60,329 bases of DNA, taken from contig JBEIJY010000012.1 in the NCBI GenBank assembly GCA_040380025.1, positions 1 to 60,329 on the forward strand, written 5' to 3'. Source of the DNA: Bdellovibrionales bacterium. GTDB taxonomy: Bacteria > Bdellovibrionota > UBA1018 > CAIMNF01. Shown piece after piece: positions 47,782 through 58,358 of this stretch. The stretch's first letter is position 1, and each line of letters opens with the position of its first letter. The translations under genes and the position numbers were made by a program. The notes below the pieces were generated by a model. The model did not search any database. It was not told where the DNA came from and saw only the letters and a program-made list of their open reading frames with translations.

Positions 47782-50700
47782 GCGGGGGGATTCTTCTTTC
47801 GATCCTGATCGCACAGCAGGGCCTCTCGGGCTCCGGGGGTGCCTTTGCCGCTACCATGCCGGCCGAAGCGACCCGGCTCGAGAGCGATCTTGCCGCCCTT
47901 TCGATTCAGGATCAGGGAATCCATAAGCTCGAGGCCCTGATCAAGACCCACCGGGGGACGCGCGAGGAATCCGAGCTCCTTCTTCGACTGGGCGACTTGT
48001 ACCTCGAACGCTCGGGGCTCTCCTTCCGGATCAGCGAGGGAAAGTCCGTAAAAGAACGCTCGCCCCTCCATACCCGATCGCTTCGGGGCGCGATCGACGC
48101 CTATTCCAGGCTTCTGCGCGAGCACCCCGACCATCCCCGCGCGCCGTTTGCGCGCTTCAAGCGCGGAAAAGCCCTGACGGAACTCGGAAATCGCTCCGCC
48201 GCCAAAGAGGATTATCTTCATCTCGTCCAGAACCAGCCGCGGTTTCCGCTGCTCGACTCCGCGCTCATGGATCTTGCGACCTTCGAGCAGGATCAAAACC
48301 AGCACGAAGAAGCGCTTCGGCACCTAAGCCGCGTGCGAAAAATGCCAGGCTCCCCCTACTTTGCGATGTCGATCCATAAGGCCGCCTGGAGCGAGTTCAA
48401 CCTCGGGCGCCACCAAGAAGCCATTCGCTCGCTCCTGGACGAAATCCGCTGGTATCAGGCCAAAACCCGCGGCGAAAAATCCGATTCCCGAGCAGCATCC
48501 TCTTCAGGCGCGAACAACCCCCAATCCCCGGGCGCCGAAACCGCGCTTCTCGAGAGCGCCTTCCATGATCTTGCGCTGTTTCACTTCGAGGCGATCCACC
48601 GCAAACAGCCCTTCGCCTCGGTCGAGGGAGCCCTGCGCACGTTCCGCGAAGCCGACCCGAGCGGCACGAACTTCGGGCGGACCGCGCTCGGATTCGCGAA
48701 GCTCCTGAAGGCCTACACCCTGACCTCCGAGCTCGAATCGGTAAAGAACCTCATGCTCCGCTCGCACCGCGCCCTTCCTGAAACCGCCGAAATCACGCTC
48801 CTTGTGTACCAAATGCACTTCGAGAAACGCCGTTGGGACCGGATCGCCGACCTTGCCGCCGACTCGAAATTACTCAAAAACGCGACCATGGCACCAAAAA
48901 TCGAAGCGCTGATTTCGCGCGCGCTTGCGGATCTGCATCAGCTCGTCCTGAAAAACAAAAAAGCCACTCAGCGCGAAGCACTGGGCGAGGTGTTGCTCGA
49001 GCCCCTGGTCTCGTTGACCGCATCGGTGCAAGAACTCCTCGGACGCGACTCCGGCCCCGCGATTCTCGCGCGCTACGCCTTGGCCGAGACTCTCTTTGAA
49101 GTCGGCGAGCATGCCCGGGCCGGCAAGGAATACGAGGCCCTCCTGGATTCGCGATTCGAAAAAGCCCTTCAGGCAAAAAAAATCACGCCTGAATCCCTTC
49201 GCATGCGTCTGCTCTCGGCGCTCTACCGGGACCTCGAAACCAAGGGCCTGATCCCAGAGAAAATGCCCATTTTGGCGCTCCGGGCCCCGGTTTTTACGAC
49301 CACGCCCGCAAACCTCGAGGCACTCCGCTCCTGGGTGGGCCGGGTCGATCGCGTCTTGTCTGAATCGGGCCAGGGCCAATCGAAGAGCGAAACCAACGAT
49401 CAAAGCATGATTCGCGGTCTGGTGCTTCAGGCAAAGAAAGCGGCCTACCTGTACTGGGACCGGCCCGGCGCCGTGGACTCCTTGCTCGATTTCGGAAAAA
49501 ACAATGCAAACACCCCCGAAGGAAAGTCCGCTCTCTCGCTTGCGCTCGATACCTATCGCGAAAGCAAGGACTGGAATCACCTCTGTGCTCTTGCTGAAGC
49601 ACTGACTCGATCTTCGCCAAGCGCACCCGCGGAATCGGCGATCGAAGAGGGGGATTTCATGAAAGGCCTCTCAGTGGTGCGCACGGATTGCAAGACGATT
49701 CATGCAAAGGCACTCGTCGCCTCGGGCGACTCTGCAACCGCCGAGACCGAGCTGACCGGGCTTCTGACCGACCCTTCCGACCCCACGCGAACGCGCGCGC
49801 TTTTGCTTCTTCGCGCCGAAGCGAGGCGGTCGCTCGGAAAAACCGAAGACGCCATGTCGGACCTCGAAGAACACCAACAAATGACCCGCTTTGCGGACGG
49901 GAACCTGACCCGCTCGATTCTGGAATACCGCTTTATGACCCGCGATGAGCAGGGCCTGAAGAGCCTTCTTGCCACCCCCTCGGCGTGTTCGGGCATGAAT
50001 TCCGCATTTTGTGCCCAAATTCCCCTCATTCGCGTTCTCGATCAGGGCCAGGAGCGCACGACTCCCTACCCCGTGGCCTTCCGGAACACGATCAAGGCCC
50101 CGCCATCCCACCGCGCACTGTGGGCCCTGATTGCGATCAAGAATCCGGCAAAGCTTCCGTTTCAGGATCGTCTGGTTCTTCTTCAACGCCTCGGGCAGTC
50201 GTACGAATCGCTGAGTCCCTCGCTTCAGGTGCGGTTTGCGCCGCTTCTGATCGAGCGATCCGAGACCGCCATGCGTGCGATTCGTCAATCGGCACCCGGA
50301 ATCGCTCCGCTCAGGGCCTCTCCGGGATCGATCGAGCGCCGGATGCGGCTCATGGCCGAAATCGACCTCGCGTTTTCGAAGGTCATGCGCCTGAGCTGGG
50401 CCGGAGTGAAAAAGGCCGGACTCCGCGAACTCGAGCAGATTCACGCCGATCTCGTCGCGGGTCTTCGCGCGATCCATACGCCAGACGACTTGCTGAAGCC
50501 CTTTCAAAACAAACTCACCGAGCTTGCAAGCGCCGCAAGCAAGTTCGACGAGGTCGTCTTCTCGCCCGAGGGATCAGACCCGAGGACGATCCTGCTCTCG
50601 AATGCCGCAAAAGAGGCGATTCCTGCCGCGGTTTGGGAGGAATGGCGCATCAGCGTGGAATCCGGAAACACCGATTATCTGTTTCACCTCGCCGGATCGG

Positions 50701-50864
50701 CCGAACAAGCGGGAGAACCAGGAAAATCCACGGCACCGGTGCTGAGGGGCCTTGTGCTTGCAATGAACGGAACGGGCGCCGAGGGGCTTCAGCTCATCGA
50801 AGAGGCCCCCGACTCCGCGCTGAAAAAAGAGGCAATCCGGTGCTTCGAACGGAGGAAGCAATGA
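47778..50864 (+). CDS. Large TPR protein (GltD/AgmU-like)
   Basis: 1028 aa, signal-like N-terminus, multiple TPR-like helices (YKxAW-type HKAAWSEFNLG), operon context. Confidence 0.7.
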   Translation: MSGGILLSILIAQQGLSGSGGAFAATMPAEATRLESDLAALSIQDQGIHKLEALIKTHRGTREESELLLRLGDLYLERSGLSFRISEGKSVKERSPLHTRSLRGAIDAYSRLLREHPDHPRAPFARFKRGKALTELGNRSAAKEDYLHLVQNQPRFPLLDSALMDLATFEQDQNQHEEALRHLSRVRKMPGSPYFAMSIHKAAWSEFNLGRHQEAIRSLLDEIRWYQAKTRGEKSDSRAASSSGANNPQSPGAETALLESAFHDLALFHFEAIHRKQPFASVEGALRTFREADPSGTNFGRTALGFAKLLKAYTLTSELESVKNLMLRSHRALPETAEITLLVYQMHFEKRRWDRIADLAADSKLLKNATMAPKIEALISRALADLHQLVLKNKKATQREALGEVLLEPLVSLTASVQELLGRDSGPAILARYALAETLFEVGEHARAGKEYEALLDSRFEKALQAKKITPESLRMRLLSALYRDLETKGLIPEKMPILALRAPVFTTTPANLEALRSWVGRVDRVLSESGQGQSKSETNDQSMIRGLVLQAKKAAYLYWDRPGAVDSLLDFGKNNANTPEGKSALSLALDTYRESKDWNHLCALAEALTRSSPSAPAESAIEEGDFMKGLSVVRTDCKTIHAKALVASGDSATAETELTGLLTDPSDPTRTRALLLLRAEARRSLGKTEDAMSDLEEHQQMTRFADGNLTRSILEYRFMTRDEQGLKSLLATPSACSGMNSAFCAQIPLIRVLDQGQERTTPYPVAFRNTIKAPPSHRALWALIAIKNPAKLPFQDRLVLLQRLGQSYESLSPSLQVRFAPLLIERSETAMRAIRQSAPGIAPLRASPGSIERRMRLMAEIDLAFSKVMRLSWAGVKKAGLRELEQIHADLVAGLRAIHTPDDLLKPFQNKLTELASAASKFDEVVFSPEGSDPRTILLSNAAKEAIPAAVWEEWRISVESGNTDYLFHLAGSAEQAGEPGKSTAPVLRGLVLAMNGTGAEGLQLIEEAPDSALKKEAIRCFERRKQ

Positions 50865-51130
50865 GAATGGGGATCTCGGTCGTCGTCATCGCGGTGTTTG
50901 GAATTTTGGGGCAAATCCTCGTGAGCACTTCTGGAGCGCAAGAGACCAAACGCTCAAAGAACCTGAACTTCGAGGACGAGCTGGTCGAAGGAATCAACCG
51001 AAGGCCGCTCGATTCGTTCCAGCAAATCAGCGAGATCGACCGGGATGCAGATCGGCATTTGTATAAAAAGCGCTCAGGATTTGCCGATCGCGATGAGGTG
51101 CTCCTGAGCGAGATGGGAGTGATCCGATGA
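50861..51130 (+). CDS. Small secreted protein, CglF/GltF-like
   Basis: Signal peptide, then LNFEDELVEGINRRP motif; start overlaps the previous stop (ATGA). Confidence 0.6.
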   Translation: MRMGISVVVIAVFGILGQILVSTSGAQETKRSKNLNFEDELVEGINRRPLDSFQQISEIDRDADRHLYKKRSGFADRDEVLLSEMGVIR

Positions 51131-52248
51131 AGACGACAAACCGTGGTACTGCACGTGCTCCGCACCGCTACCTGATTCGTCTGAAGGGACGGCTCCCTGT
51201 GCGCTGGGATGGACTCGCCCCCCTGCCCTTGAATCGCTCCGGATCACTCGTTCTCGAAAAAAACGAGGGAACCTTGCGCCTTCGTGACCGCTGGACGGGG
51301 ATTCTTCCGATGGGCGAGATCCTCTCGGTCACGGATCTCTCTGCGGTTCCGGCCGTGAACTGGACCGAATCCCGCCGCGCGCTCCCGTTTCGCCTGCTCT
51401 CGCGGGGCGAGACCGCCCCCGAGGACCGGGTGTTTCAGCGCGATCTGAAGCGCGGCTTCGCCGCATTTGCGCTTCTGCTCCTTGCGGTGTTCGCCGTGCG
51501 GTCCTTCGAACCCGATGGGAAGGAGGAGCCGAAACTGATCCCCGCTCCCTATGCGAAACTCATTCTGACCCGTCCGAAGTATTTAAAACCCAAAGCAACG
51601 GGAGGAGCCTCCGCAGCGCGCGCCGAGGCCCGAGCGGTGGCGCGGGCGTTTCAGAGCAAAAAAGTGCAAACCGATATGCGTTCGGTCTTAAAGACCGGTC
51701 TTTCGCGCTACTCGCTCATGAACTCCGGAAAAGCCGTGAGTGACCTCTCGCGCGCGATGTCGGCCGAAGGATCGCTTGCCGGAAGCGGCACCCGAAAAAC
51801 CGCCGAAGGCCTCCTTGGCGCGGCCCTGCAAGGCTCCCCCAGGCTTGGGGCCGAGACCGGATACGGATCCGGCCGCGGAATCCGCGTGAAGGGCCAGGGC
51901 TCAGGCCAACTCGAGGTCGGACTCGACACCTCCGAGGCATCGGTCGACGAGGGGCTGACGCGCGAGGAAGTCGCACGGATCATCCACAAGCACATGAACG
52001 AGATTCGCTACTGTTACGAGAACGGAATTCTTCGTGATCCCACCCTCGCGGGGCGGCTCTTGGTGGATTTCAGGATCAATGCCAGCGGACAGGTCCCGCA
52101 GGCCGGCGTGAGCGAAACGGGCCTGAGAAGCGCCGAGGTGGCCGAGTGCCTGCTCCGGAAGCTCCGAAGCTGGAAGTTCCCCGAGCCCCGTGGCGGCGTC
52201 GTGGTCGCCGTAACGTATCCGTTCATTTTTAAGAGTCTTTCGAGGTGA
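51127..52248 (+). CDS. AgmX/PglI-type TonB-C domain protein (GltG-like)
   Basis: Single TM, Gly-rich linker, IRYCYE...L.G.L.V.F.I...CL...W.FP.P.GG.V.V.YPF. Confidence 0.8.
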   Translation: MKTTNRGTARAPHRYLIRLKGRLPVRWDGLAPLPLNRSGSLVLEKNEGTLRLRDRWTGILPMGEILSVTDLSAVPAVNWTESRRALPFRLLSRGETAPEDRVFQRDLKRGFAAFALLLLAVFAVRSFEPDGKEEPKLIPAPYAKLILTRPKYLKPKATGGASAARAEARAVARAFQSKKVQTDMRSVLKTGLSRYSLMNSGKAVSDLSRAMSAEGSLAGSGTRKTAEGLLGAALQGSPRLGAETGYGSGRGIRVKGQGSGQLEVGLDTSEASVDEGLTREEVARIIHKHMNEIRYCYENGILRDPTLAGRLLVDFRINASGQVPQAGVSETGLRSAEVAECLLRKLRSWKFPEPRGGVVVAVTYPFIFKSLSR

Positions 52249-54047
52249 AACCCATGATCCATCTTGCTCTTTTGTTCACTCTTAGCGGTCCTCCCCTTTC
52301 GGCATTGGCGCAAAGCACGGGTCCCGCCTCGGTTCGGGACCCTTGTACGACCTCCGAGCGCTGGATGTTTTCGGATTCCCAAAAAAAATCCCAATGGACT
52401 GCCGATTTTGAACGTTCGATTGCGGCCGATGCCCCGTTTCTTTCGGGATTGGCCGGATCGATCCGGCTCTCGCGGATTTCGGCGCTCCTGAAGAACTCTG
52501 GTTTTGAGCGGGATTTTGCCGAATACTGGGCCGGAAGATCGCTCTTTCGGATGGGGTTATTGCCGGTCGCCCGAAGCGCATTTCTCTCGCTCCTCGAGCA
52601 CACCCGCGACCGCACCTTGCGGCGTGCCTCGCAGGTGTGCCTTGCGCGGATCGAATCCGAATTCCCCGATCTTAAAAATCCCGACCTGAAAGCGCCGGAA
52701 CCGGCCCCGCGCGAGATCCTCGCTTGGAGCCCGGACGAGCTTGCGACCCTGATTCCGTTCCTGATGCAAAGCGAATCCCCGCTTTCCTCGGTGCTCCCCG
52801 AACCGCATCGCTCGCTCGTTTCGGGGTTCAAAGAACTGAAGAACCGCCGCTATTCTGGCGCGATTCCGCTTCTTTCGTCCGTGCTCCGCTCGATCGAACT
52901 CCATCCGGGAAGTCCGCTTGCGCGCTATCGCGACGAGCTTCATCTTGCCCTTGGTCGCGCGCTGTATTCGGTCGCGCGATTCCGCGAATCGGCGGCAGAA
53001 TTCCAAAAAGTGAGCAAAACCTCGAACCGCGCCATCGAGGCCCTGAGCAATCTTTCGTGGGCGTATCTGCTCGATCGCAGGCCCGACGATGCCTTGGGGG
53101 TCGGGATTCAAATCCGCTCGGGTGCCCTGCGAAGCGCCTTCGCGCCCGAGCCCCTCATGGTCTCGGCCATGGCCCTGAACGAGCTTTGCATGTTTCCCGA
53201 ATCGATCCGCATGATCCGCGCCTTCGTGCAAGGGTATCAGGACTCGTATGATTGGCTAAAAAAGAACCCGCACCCGGCCGATGGCTATGCACTCACGCTC
53301 GCGGCATTGAAGCGCCCCGAGGACTTTCCACGAAGGCTCGCAAGCGAGTGGATTCGCAGGCCGGGCTTTCTTTCGCGGCAAATCGCCTTGAATGCGCTCT
53401 TCTCGCATCCGGGCAGAATCAGCGCGATCCGAAAAGAGTCCGAGCAGGAGCTCGCACGGATGAGCTCCGACGCCAAAAAAGAAATGAAGTCTCTGATCGC
53501 AGAAGCAAAGCGCGCGATCGCGAGCCGTCGCAACTCGGACCCCCTCCCCGAGAAGCTCTCGCTCCGGTATCAGGATCTCAGAAAAGGCCTTGCTCGAATG
53601 GGAAGATTTCAGGAGGCCCTGCGCGCATGGTCTTCGCTCGCCGATCGATACGAGAGCGGGCTTCCGGCGCTTCGAAAAGATCTCGTGGCCCTAGTGAACC
53701 GCGACTTCACCCTGCAAAACCGGAGGCTCCTGAGCTCGCTTGAGGCCGTGCGCGCGAATGTCGACCTGATCGAGGTCGAGATTTACCGCGGGGCAAGCCG
53801 GGATTTGGTGTGGAAGAGCGTCCACCCGGAATTCGAAGGAGTCAAAGACCGCCTTGCCGATCAGAAGCCGGGCCCAAGCCACCGCGACACCTGGAGCTGG
53901 GGACGGATCGCCCCGGGCGAGATCGAGTCGACAGAAGTCTGGGAGGATGAGCTCGGAGCGATCAAGGCCGATGTTCACAGCCTTTGTGATGCGAAAGAAA
54001 AATACATCAAACTGGGATCGGACCAATCCCAAGGAGGAAATCGATGA
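52245..54047 (+). CDS. TPR protein (GltC-like)
   Basis: TPR helices, PEPLMVSAMALNELC, C-terminal EVWEDELG...C. Confidence 0.65.
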   Translation: MKPMIHLALLFTLSGPPLSALAQSTGPASVRDPCTTSERWMFSDSQKKSQWTADFERSIAADAPFLSGLAGSIRLSRISALLKNSGFERDFAEYWAGRSLFRMGLLPVARSAFLSLLEHTRDRTLRRASQVCLARIESEFPDLKNPDLKAPEPAPREILAWSPDELATLIPFLMQSESPLSSVLPEPHRSLVSGFKELKNRRYSGAIPLLSSVLRSIELHPGSPLARYRDELHLALGRALYSVARFRESAAEFQKVSKTSNRAIEALSNLSWAYLLDRRPDDALGVGIQIRSGALRSAFAPEPLMVSAMALNELCMFPESIRMIRAFVQGYQDSYDWLKKNPHPADGYALTLAALKRPEDFPRRLASEWIRRPGFLSRQIALNALFSHPGRISAIRKESEQELARMSSDAKKEMKSLIAEAKRAIASRRNSDPLPEKLSLRYQDLRKGLARMGRFQEALRAWSSLADRYESGLPALRKDLVALVNRDFTLQNRRLLSSLEAVRANVDLIEVEIYRGASRDLVWKSVHPEFEGVKDRLADQKPGPSHRDTWSWGRIAPGEIESTEVWEDELGAIKADVHSLCDAKEKYIKLGSDQSQGGNR

Positions 54048-54724
54048 AAAACCCAATGCTTCTGCTCATTCTGTTGGCGCTCGGAAGCCCGCTGCACGCA
54101 TTTGCCCAAGGGGAGGCCGTGGATGTCTCGAAAATCACCGAAAAATACTGGGCGGGCGGAAAGGAATCCGAGCTCGGGGTGGTCCAGAACCGGCAGTACT
54201 CGAACGAGGGCCATGTCGAAGTCGATTTGCTGGGCGGAAGCGTCTCGAGCGATCCGTTTTTTTCGACCACGAGCTACGGGGGCTCGATCGGCTATCACTT
54301 CAGCAACGATCTGAGCCTTCATGCGATTGCGTGGAAGGCGAGCACCCGCGATTCGGACGCCTACGAAAAACTTCGAAGCGAGGCCCCCGCGGCCGATCTG
54401 TACCGGAATGCGCCGAAGGCCTTTTATGGATTGCAGGCAAATGCGAATCTTCTGTACGGAAAAGCCTCTCTCTTCGGGAAGCTCATCATTTACCTCGATT
54501 TGTTCTTACTGGGCGGCGCCGGCGTGACCGATACCGAGACCGGAAAAAACCTCACGCCGTTCCTCGGGATCGGGCAAAAGATCCGGCTGAACCGGTTCGC
54601 ACTTTTGCACCTTGATTACCGGATCATGCGATATTCCGAGACGGTCGGGAACTCGATCGGGGATCTTCGGGAGCGGACGAACACGAGCGATGCGGTCACA
54701 CTGGGGCTTGGGTTCCAGTTTTGA
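54044..54724 (+). CDS. Outer membrane beta-barrel protein (GltA/B/H-like)
   Basis: VVQNRQY, DPFF, LLYGKASL, terminal Phe. Confidence 0.8.
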   Translation: MKNPMLLLILLALGSPLHAFAQGEAVDVSKITEKYWAGGKESELGVVQNRQYSNEGHVEVDLLGGSVSSDPFFSTTSYGGSIGYHFSNDLSLHAIAWKASTRDSDAYEKLRSEAPAADLYRNAPKAFYGLQANANLLYGKASLFGKLIIYLDLFLLGGAGVTDTETGKNLTPFLGIGQKIRLNRFALLHLDYRIMRYSETVGNSIGDLRERTNTSDAVTLGLGFQF

Positions 54725-54922
54725 GCGGTACCCCTTCAGTTTGCCTGAGTTGACCTTCCGTCCGGAAAAGAGGTGGGAATAAAAAAGGGTTTCGCCTCCG
54801 AGCCGCGTCGTGCGGCCTCGCTTTCGCGCGTCACGCGCTCGCGAGAGTCGGCAAACCCTTTTTTATTCCCGCCTCTTTTCCGGCCGGTGTTTCAGTTCAG
54901 GCACACTCAAGGGGGACAGATC
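54723..54922. repeat. Hairpin element copy E10 (~200 bp), filling the gap between convergent genes
   Basis: Arms CCGGAAAAGAGGTGGGAATAAAAAAGGGTTT / AAACCCTTTTTTATTCCCGCCTCTTTTCCGG; core present; GCACACTCAAGGGGG terminus. Confidence 0.92.
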
Positions 54923-55652
54923 ACCCTGTCTTCAGCTTCAAGCGATAGCCCTCGCCGTAGACGGTCTTGAGTTCGGCTTGAAAAGCCGAGATCTTTTTTC
55001 GAAGCGAGGTTAGGTGCGCATCGATGAGGCGGTCGTTCTTGGACTCATCCCGCCACACAGCCTCCATGATCGCCCTTCGCGAGACGACGGCTCCGAGGTT
55101 CCTTAAGAACAGCTCCAAAATCCCGTACTCCACCGGGCCAAGGTCCAAAAGCTTTCCGTCCAGGAACACCTCCTGGCTTCTCAGGTCCATCACCAGATTC
55201 GCGATCTCGATCCGGTCCGAGGGCGGGCGGCGAAAATCCTCGGCCCGCGCAAGCTTCGAGTGAATGCGCGCAATGAGCTCCTCCACCTCGAAGGGTTTTG
55301 AAATGTAATCATCCGCACCGAAATCGAATGCGCGAATCCGTTGCCGCGAGGTATTGGCCGCAGTCAGCATCAAAATCGGAATCGAGCGCGTCGAGGGATT
55401 CTCGCGGATCTTCCGCACCGCCGAGATCCCGTCGAGTTCGGGCATCATCACGTCCATCAGGATCACATCGGGCCGGACCGACCGCGAGGCCTGCACGGCC
55501 TCGGCGCCGTTCGAGGCGAGCTCGACCGTGAACTGCTCCGACAAAAACTCCTTCAAAAGAAGCCGGATCTGCGGCTCATCGTCGACCACAAGGATCGTGC
55601 GCTTTTTTTCGGGGTTGCTTCGGGGGGAGCTCTCAGGAATGTCCTTCGCCAT
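54921..55652 (-). CDS. OmpR/PhoB-family response regulator
   Basis: [25 protein letters not shown]...TVYGEGY. Confidence 0.95.
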   Translation of the reverse strand: MAKDIPESSPRSNPEKKRTILVVDDEPQIRLLLKEFLSEQFTVELASNGAEAVQASRSVRPDVILMDVMMPELDGISAVRKIRENPSTRSIPILMLTAANTSRQRIRAFDFGADDYISKPFEVEELIARIHSKLARAEDFRRPPSDRIEIANLVMDLRSQEVFLDGKLLDLGPVEYGILELFLRNLGAVVSRRAIMEAVWRDESKNDRLIDAHLTSLRKKISAFQAELKTVYGEGYRLKLKTG

Positions 55653-57549
55653 GTCGTACTGCCTTTTCGATCAAATCCGGTTCCACGCGGGCGCGGGGAA
55701 CGCGGAAATCAAACCACGATCGGACATCCTGATCCAGACCGATTCCGAGCATGTAGTTATAAACCGCCTTTTTTAAACCGAAACCATAGCGATCATGATC
55801 CGTTCCCGTGGGGTCTTCGAAGGGTAGATCATTCTCGGCAAAGAGCACTTCGGGCCTTGAGGTAATCTTGACCCCGAACGAATCCGGATCAAGCCCCACC
55901 GCCGAGTGCGCCGTGGTCGAGAACCGGTGCCAAAAAGCCGAGCTCAAGCATCCGGCCTGAAACAACTGCCGCACGCGCTCCAGACTATCCATCGTCTCTT
56001 GCTCCGTCTGGGTCGGGAACCCGTACATCAAATACGCATGCACAAGAATTCCCGCCTCCCGAAAATTCCTCGTCACCCGCGCGACCTGCTCGACCGTGAT
56101 TCCTTTTTTCATGCGCTTCAGCAGGCGATCGGAGGCGACCTCAAGCCCGCCCGAGACGGCGACACACCCGGCATCTCCCATCAAGGCCGTAAGCTCACGG
56201 TTGAAGGTCTTCTCGAAGCGGATGTTCCCCCACCAGCTGAAGGAATGGCCTTGGTCCAAGATCTTCTTTGAAAGCTCCTTCAACACCGCGGGCGGCGCCG
56301 CTTCGTCCACAAAATGAAACCCGCTCGACCCGCTCTCGGCCTGAAGCCGCTTCATGCGCTCGATCGTAAGGTCGACGGGCGAGATCTCGTAGCGTTTGAT
56401 GTAATCAAGGCTCACATCGCAAAAACTGCATTGGTGCCAGTAGCATCCGTGAGCGAGCATGAGCTTGTTCCAGTGCAAGTCCGACCAGAACCGGTGCATC
56501 GGGTTCAGCATCTCGACCAGCGAGAGATACTCCCCGATCGGAAGTCCGTCGAGCGTCGGAAACCCCGTCGAGGTCTGCGGGTGATCATGAATCGTCTCGT
56601 TCGAGCACCATTCCACGGCGGTCCGGATTTTATCCGAGCGCAAAAAGGTACGAAGAAGCCCTTCGCGTCCGCGTTCCCCGCGCCAGAACTCGAGCAAACA
56701 CTCGACCGGCCGCTCGCCATCGTCGAGCGTGATCGCATCGACCAAATCAAAAATCCGCGCGTCCTTCAGGCCCCGGAGCTCGGTGTTCACATAGCCCCCG
56801 CCGATGCCGATCCGGATCGCGGGGAATTCTTCTCGCAAGGTCTTTGCGATCCGGAGCGTGCCGAGCACACAGCCCGGAAACGGAATCGTGATCAGCACCG
56901 CATCGGGCGCGTGGGCGCGGATCGCGTCCCGCACGAGTTCGCGCAGGGTCGAGGCGATCAGGCCGTTTTCGTCCGAAAGCGCGGCCAAAAGCGGATCAAA
57001 CGTCGGAGAACTCGCCGCAAGACGATCGCCGTAGCGAGAGAGCGAGAACTCGGAATCGACCCCGCGCGCGATCACATCGGTCAGATCATCGATGTACAGG
57101 CTTGCGATGTGCTTGGCCTGATCCTGCGTGCCCATGAGGCCGAAGGCCCATGAGAGGTCCTCTGCTTCGAGCGCGGTGAATCTCGGCCCCTCGGGAAGAA
57201 GCGTGCGCGCAGCGATCCGGTGCGCAAGCGTCGGGTCTTTTCCTTGTAAGAACCGGACCACGGGCTCGATGGTGCGCTGGTAGTCCGCGGCGGCCTCCAA
57301 AAAGAACGAAATCGAGGGGTCCTGCAAAAGAGGCGCTTCGCGCTTCGCCCGCTCGCGAATCGAGGCTTCGACGCGGGCGATCCCCTCGCGCGAGAGCAAG
57401 CGGAGCACGAGCTTCAGCCCGAGATCTTCCTGCACGGCCGTGTAGCCCTTCGAGCGCAAGAACCCGGTCAGAAAGCTCGTGGCAGGGTACGGGGTATTGA
57501 CCTGCACGAGCGGGGGAATGATGCTGAGGATCTTCTGTGAGAAATTCAG
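55633..57549 (-). CDS. B12-binding/radical SAM protein (probable CTG start at 57549)
   Basis: [22 protein letters not shown] (CxxxCxxC), [13 protein letters not shown]. Confidence 0.88.
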   Translation of the reverse strand: MNFSQKILSIIPPLVQVNTPYPATSFLTGFLRSKGYTAVQEDLGLKLVLRLLSREGIARVEASIRERAKREAPLLQDPSISFFLEAAADYQRTIEPVVRFLQGKDPTLAHRIAARTLLPEGPRFTALEAEDLSWAFGLMGTQDQAKHIASLYIDDLTDVIARGVDSEFSLSRYGDRLAASSPTFDPLLAALSDENGLIASTLRELVRDAIRAHAPDAVLITIPFPGCVLGTLRIAKTLREEFPAIRIGIGGGYVNTELRGLKDARIFDLVDAITLDDGERPVECLLEFWRGERGREGLLRTFLRSDKIRTAVEWCSNETIHDHPQTSTGFPTLDGLPIGEYLSLVEMLNPMHRFWSDLHWNKLMLAHGCYWHQCSFCDVSLDYIKRYEISPVDLTIERMKRLQAESGSSGFHFVDEAAPPAVLKELSKKILDQGHSFSWWGNIRFEKTFNRELTALMGDAGCVAVSGGLEVASDRLLKRMKKGITVEQVARVTRNFREAGILVHAYLMYGFPTQTEQETMDSLERVRQLFQAGCLSSAFWHRFSTTAHSAVGLDPDSFGVKITSRPEVLFAENDLPFEDPTGTDHDRYGFGLKKAVYNYMLGIGLDQDVRSWFDFRVPRARVEPDLIEKAVRHGEGHS

Positions 57550-58358
57550 AGGAGCTCTTCCTGCGCGCGGTCCGCGGCCTCAAGGGCGATCTTCGAGCGA
57601 CGGAGCTCGCAGTTCGAGCGGCGCCAGTAAGAAGCACCATCCTCTTTTTCGATATTGGTCTGGGCGAAGGTCTTCACCCAGCCGTCTTCGCCCCAAGGAT
57701 ACCCGCTTTGGAACTGAAGAACCGGATACTCGCGGAACATCCAGCGCACCGTTTCGGCGCACGAGGTGGCGGCGTAGGCGATCTCGCAGACGTTCTTCAG
57801 GTCTTCGAGGTTGTCGGGGGTTTTCGCGACGCGAATTTTTAGAATCGTATTATTCCCCGCACTGAGCTCCTCGTGATCGGGCGAAAACGAGCACACCGAT
57901 GCACCGGTCTGCGGAACCGCATCGCGGTAATAAATGGCCGACTGCGCCTCATCGACGGCCTTCACGGCGACACCTTGGCGACGGGAGTGGCACTCTGCCT
58001 CGTTCGGAAAAAACCGGTTTGCATAGTCGTGGCGGGAACTGCTCAGGTAGGAATACGCCCAGCCGCGATCGCCGTACTGATTCACCTCGGACTGAAACCG
58101 GATCTCAAAGCCCGTCCCCTGCCGCAAATGACAGTCGGTCACCGCGAGCGCGATGTCGCACACGGACTTCAGTTCGGTCAGATGGGCGTTCGTGCGGGCC
58201 ACGCGCACGGGGGCCGCCTTCTTCGGGCTTGCCGTCTCGGGGCTTGCGAACACCTGCGTGCCACCGGGCCCGATCGTGCAGGCCTCCCCGGCCAAAGCGG
58301 GATTTGCCGCAAATAAAGCGAAACCAAGAATGCCGACCATCCATTGAAAACGATTCAT
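57546..58358 (-). CDS. Secreted protein with an internally duplicated Cys-containing domain
   Basis: Signal peptide ending ...NPALA; two repeats of RVA.T...L..LK.VC.IA.A.T.C...FQS...G..GW...C..RR...A..A.D.AQ. Confidence 0.75.
   Translation of the reverse strand: MNRFQWMVGILGFALFAANPALAGEACTIGPGGTQVFASPETASPKKAAPVRVARTNAHLTELKSVCDIALAVTDCHLRQGTGFEIRFQSEVNQYGDRGWAYSYLSSSRHDYANRFFPNEAECHSRRQGVAVKAVDEAQSAIYYRDAVPQTGASVCSFSPDHEELSAGNNTILKIRVAKTPDNLEDLKNVCEIAYAATSCAETVRWMFREYPVLQFQSGYPWGEDGWVKTFAQTNIEKEDGASYWRRSNCELRRSKIALEAADRAQEELL

Noticed and set aside
1..54922. Hairpin elements as integron attC sites or a CRISPR array
   Set aside because: They are dispersed, several lie inside ORFs, the ends do not fit RYYYAAC/GTTRRRY, there is no regular repeat-spacer period, and no integrase or cas genes are present.
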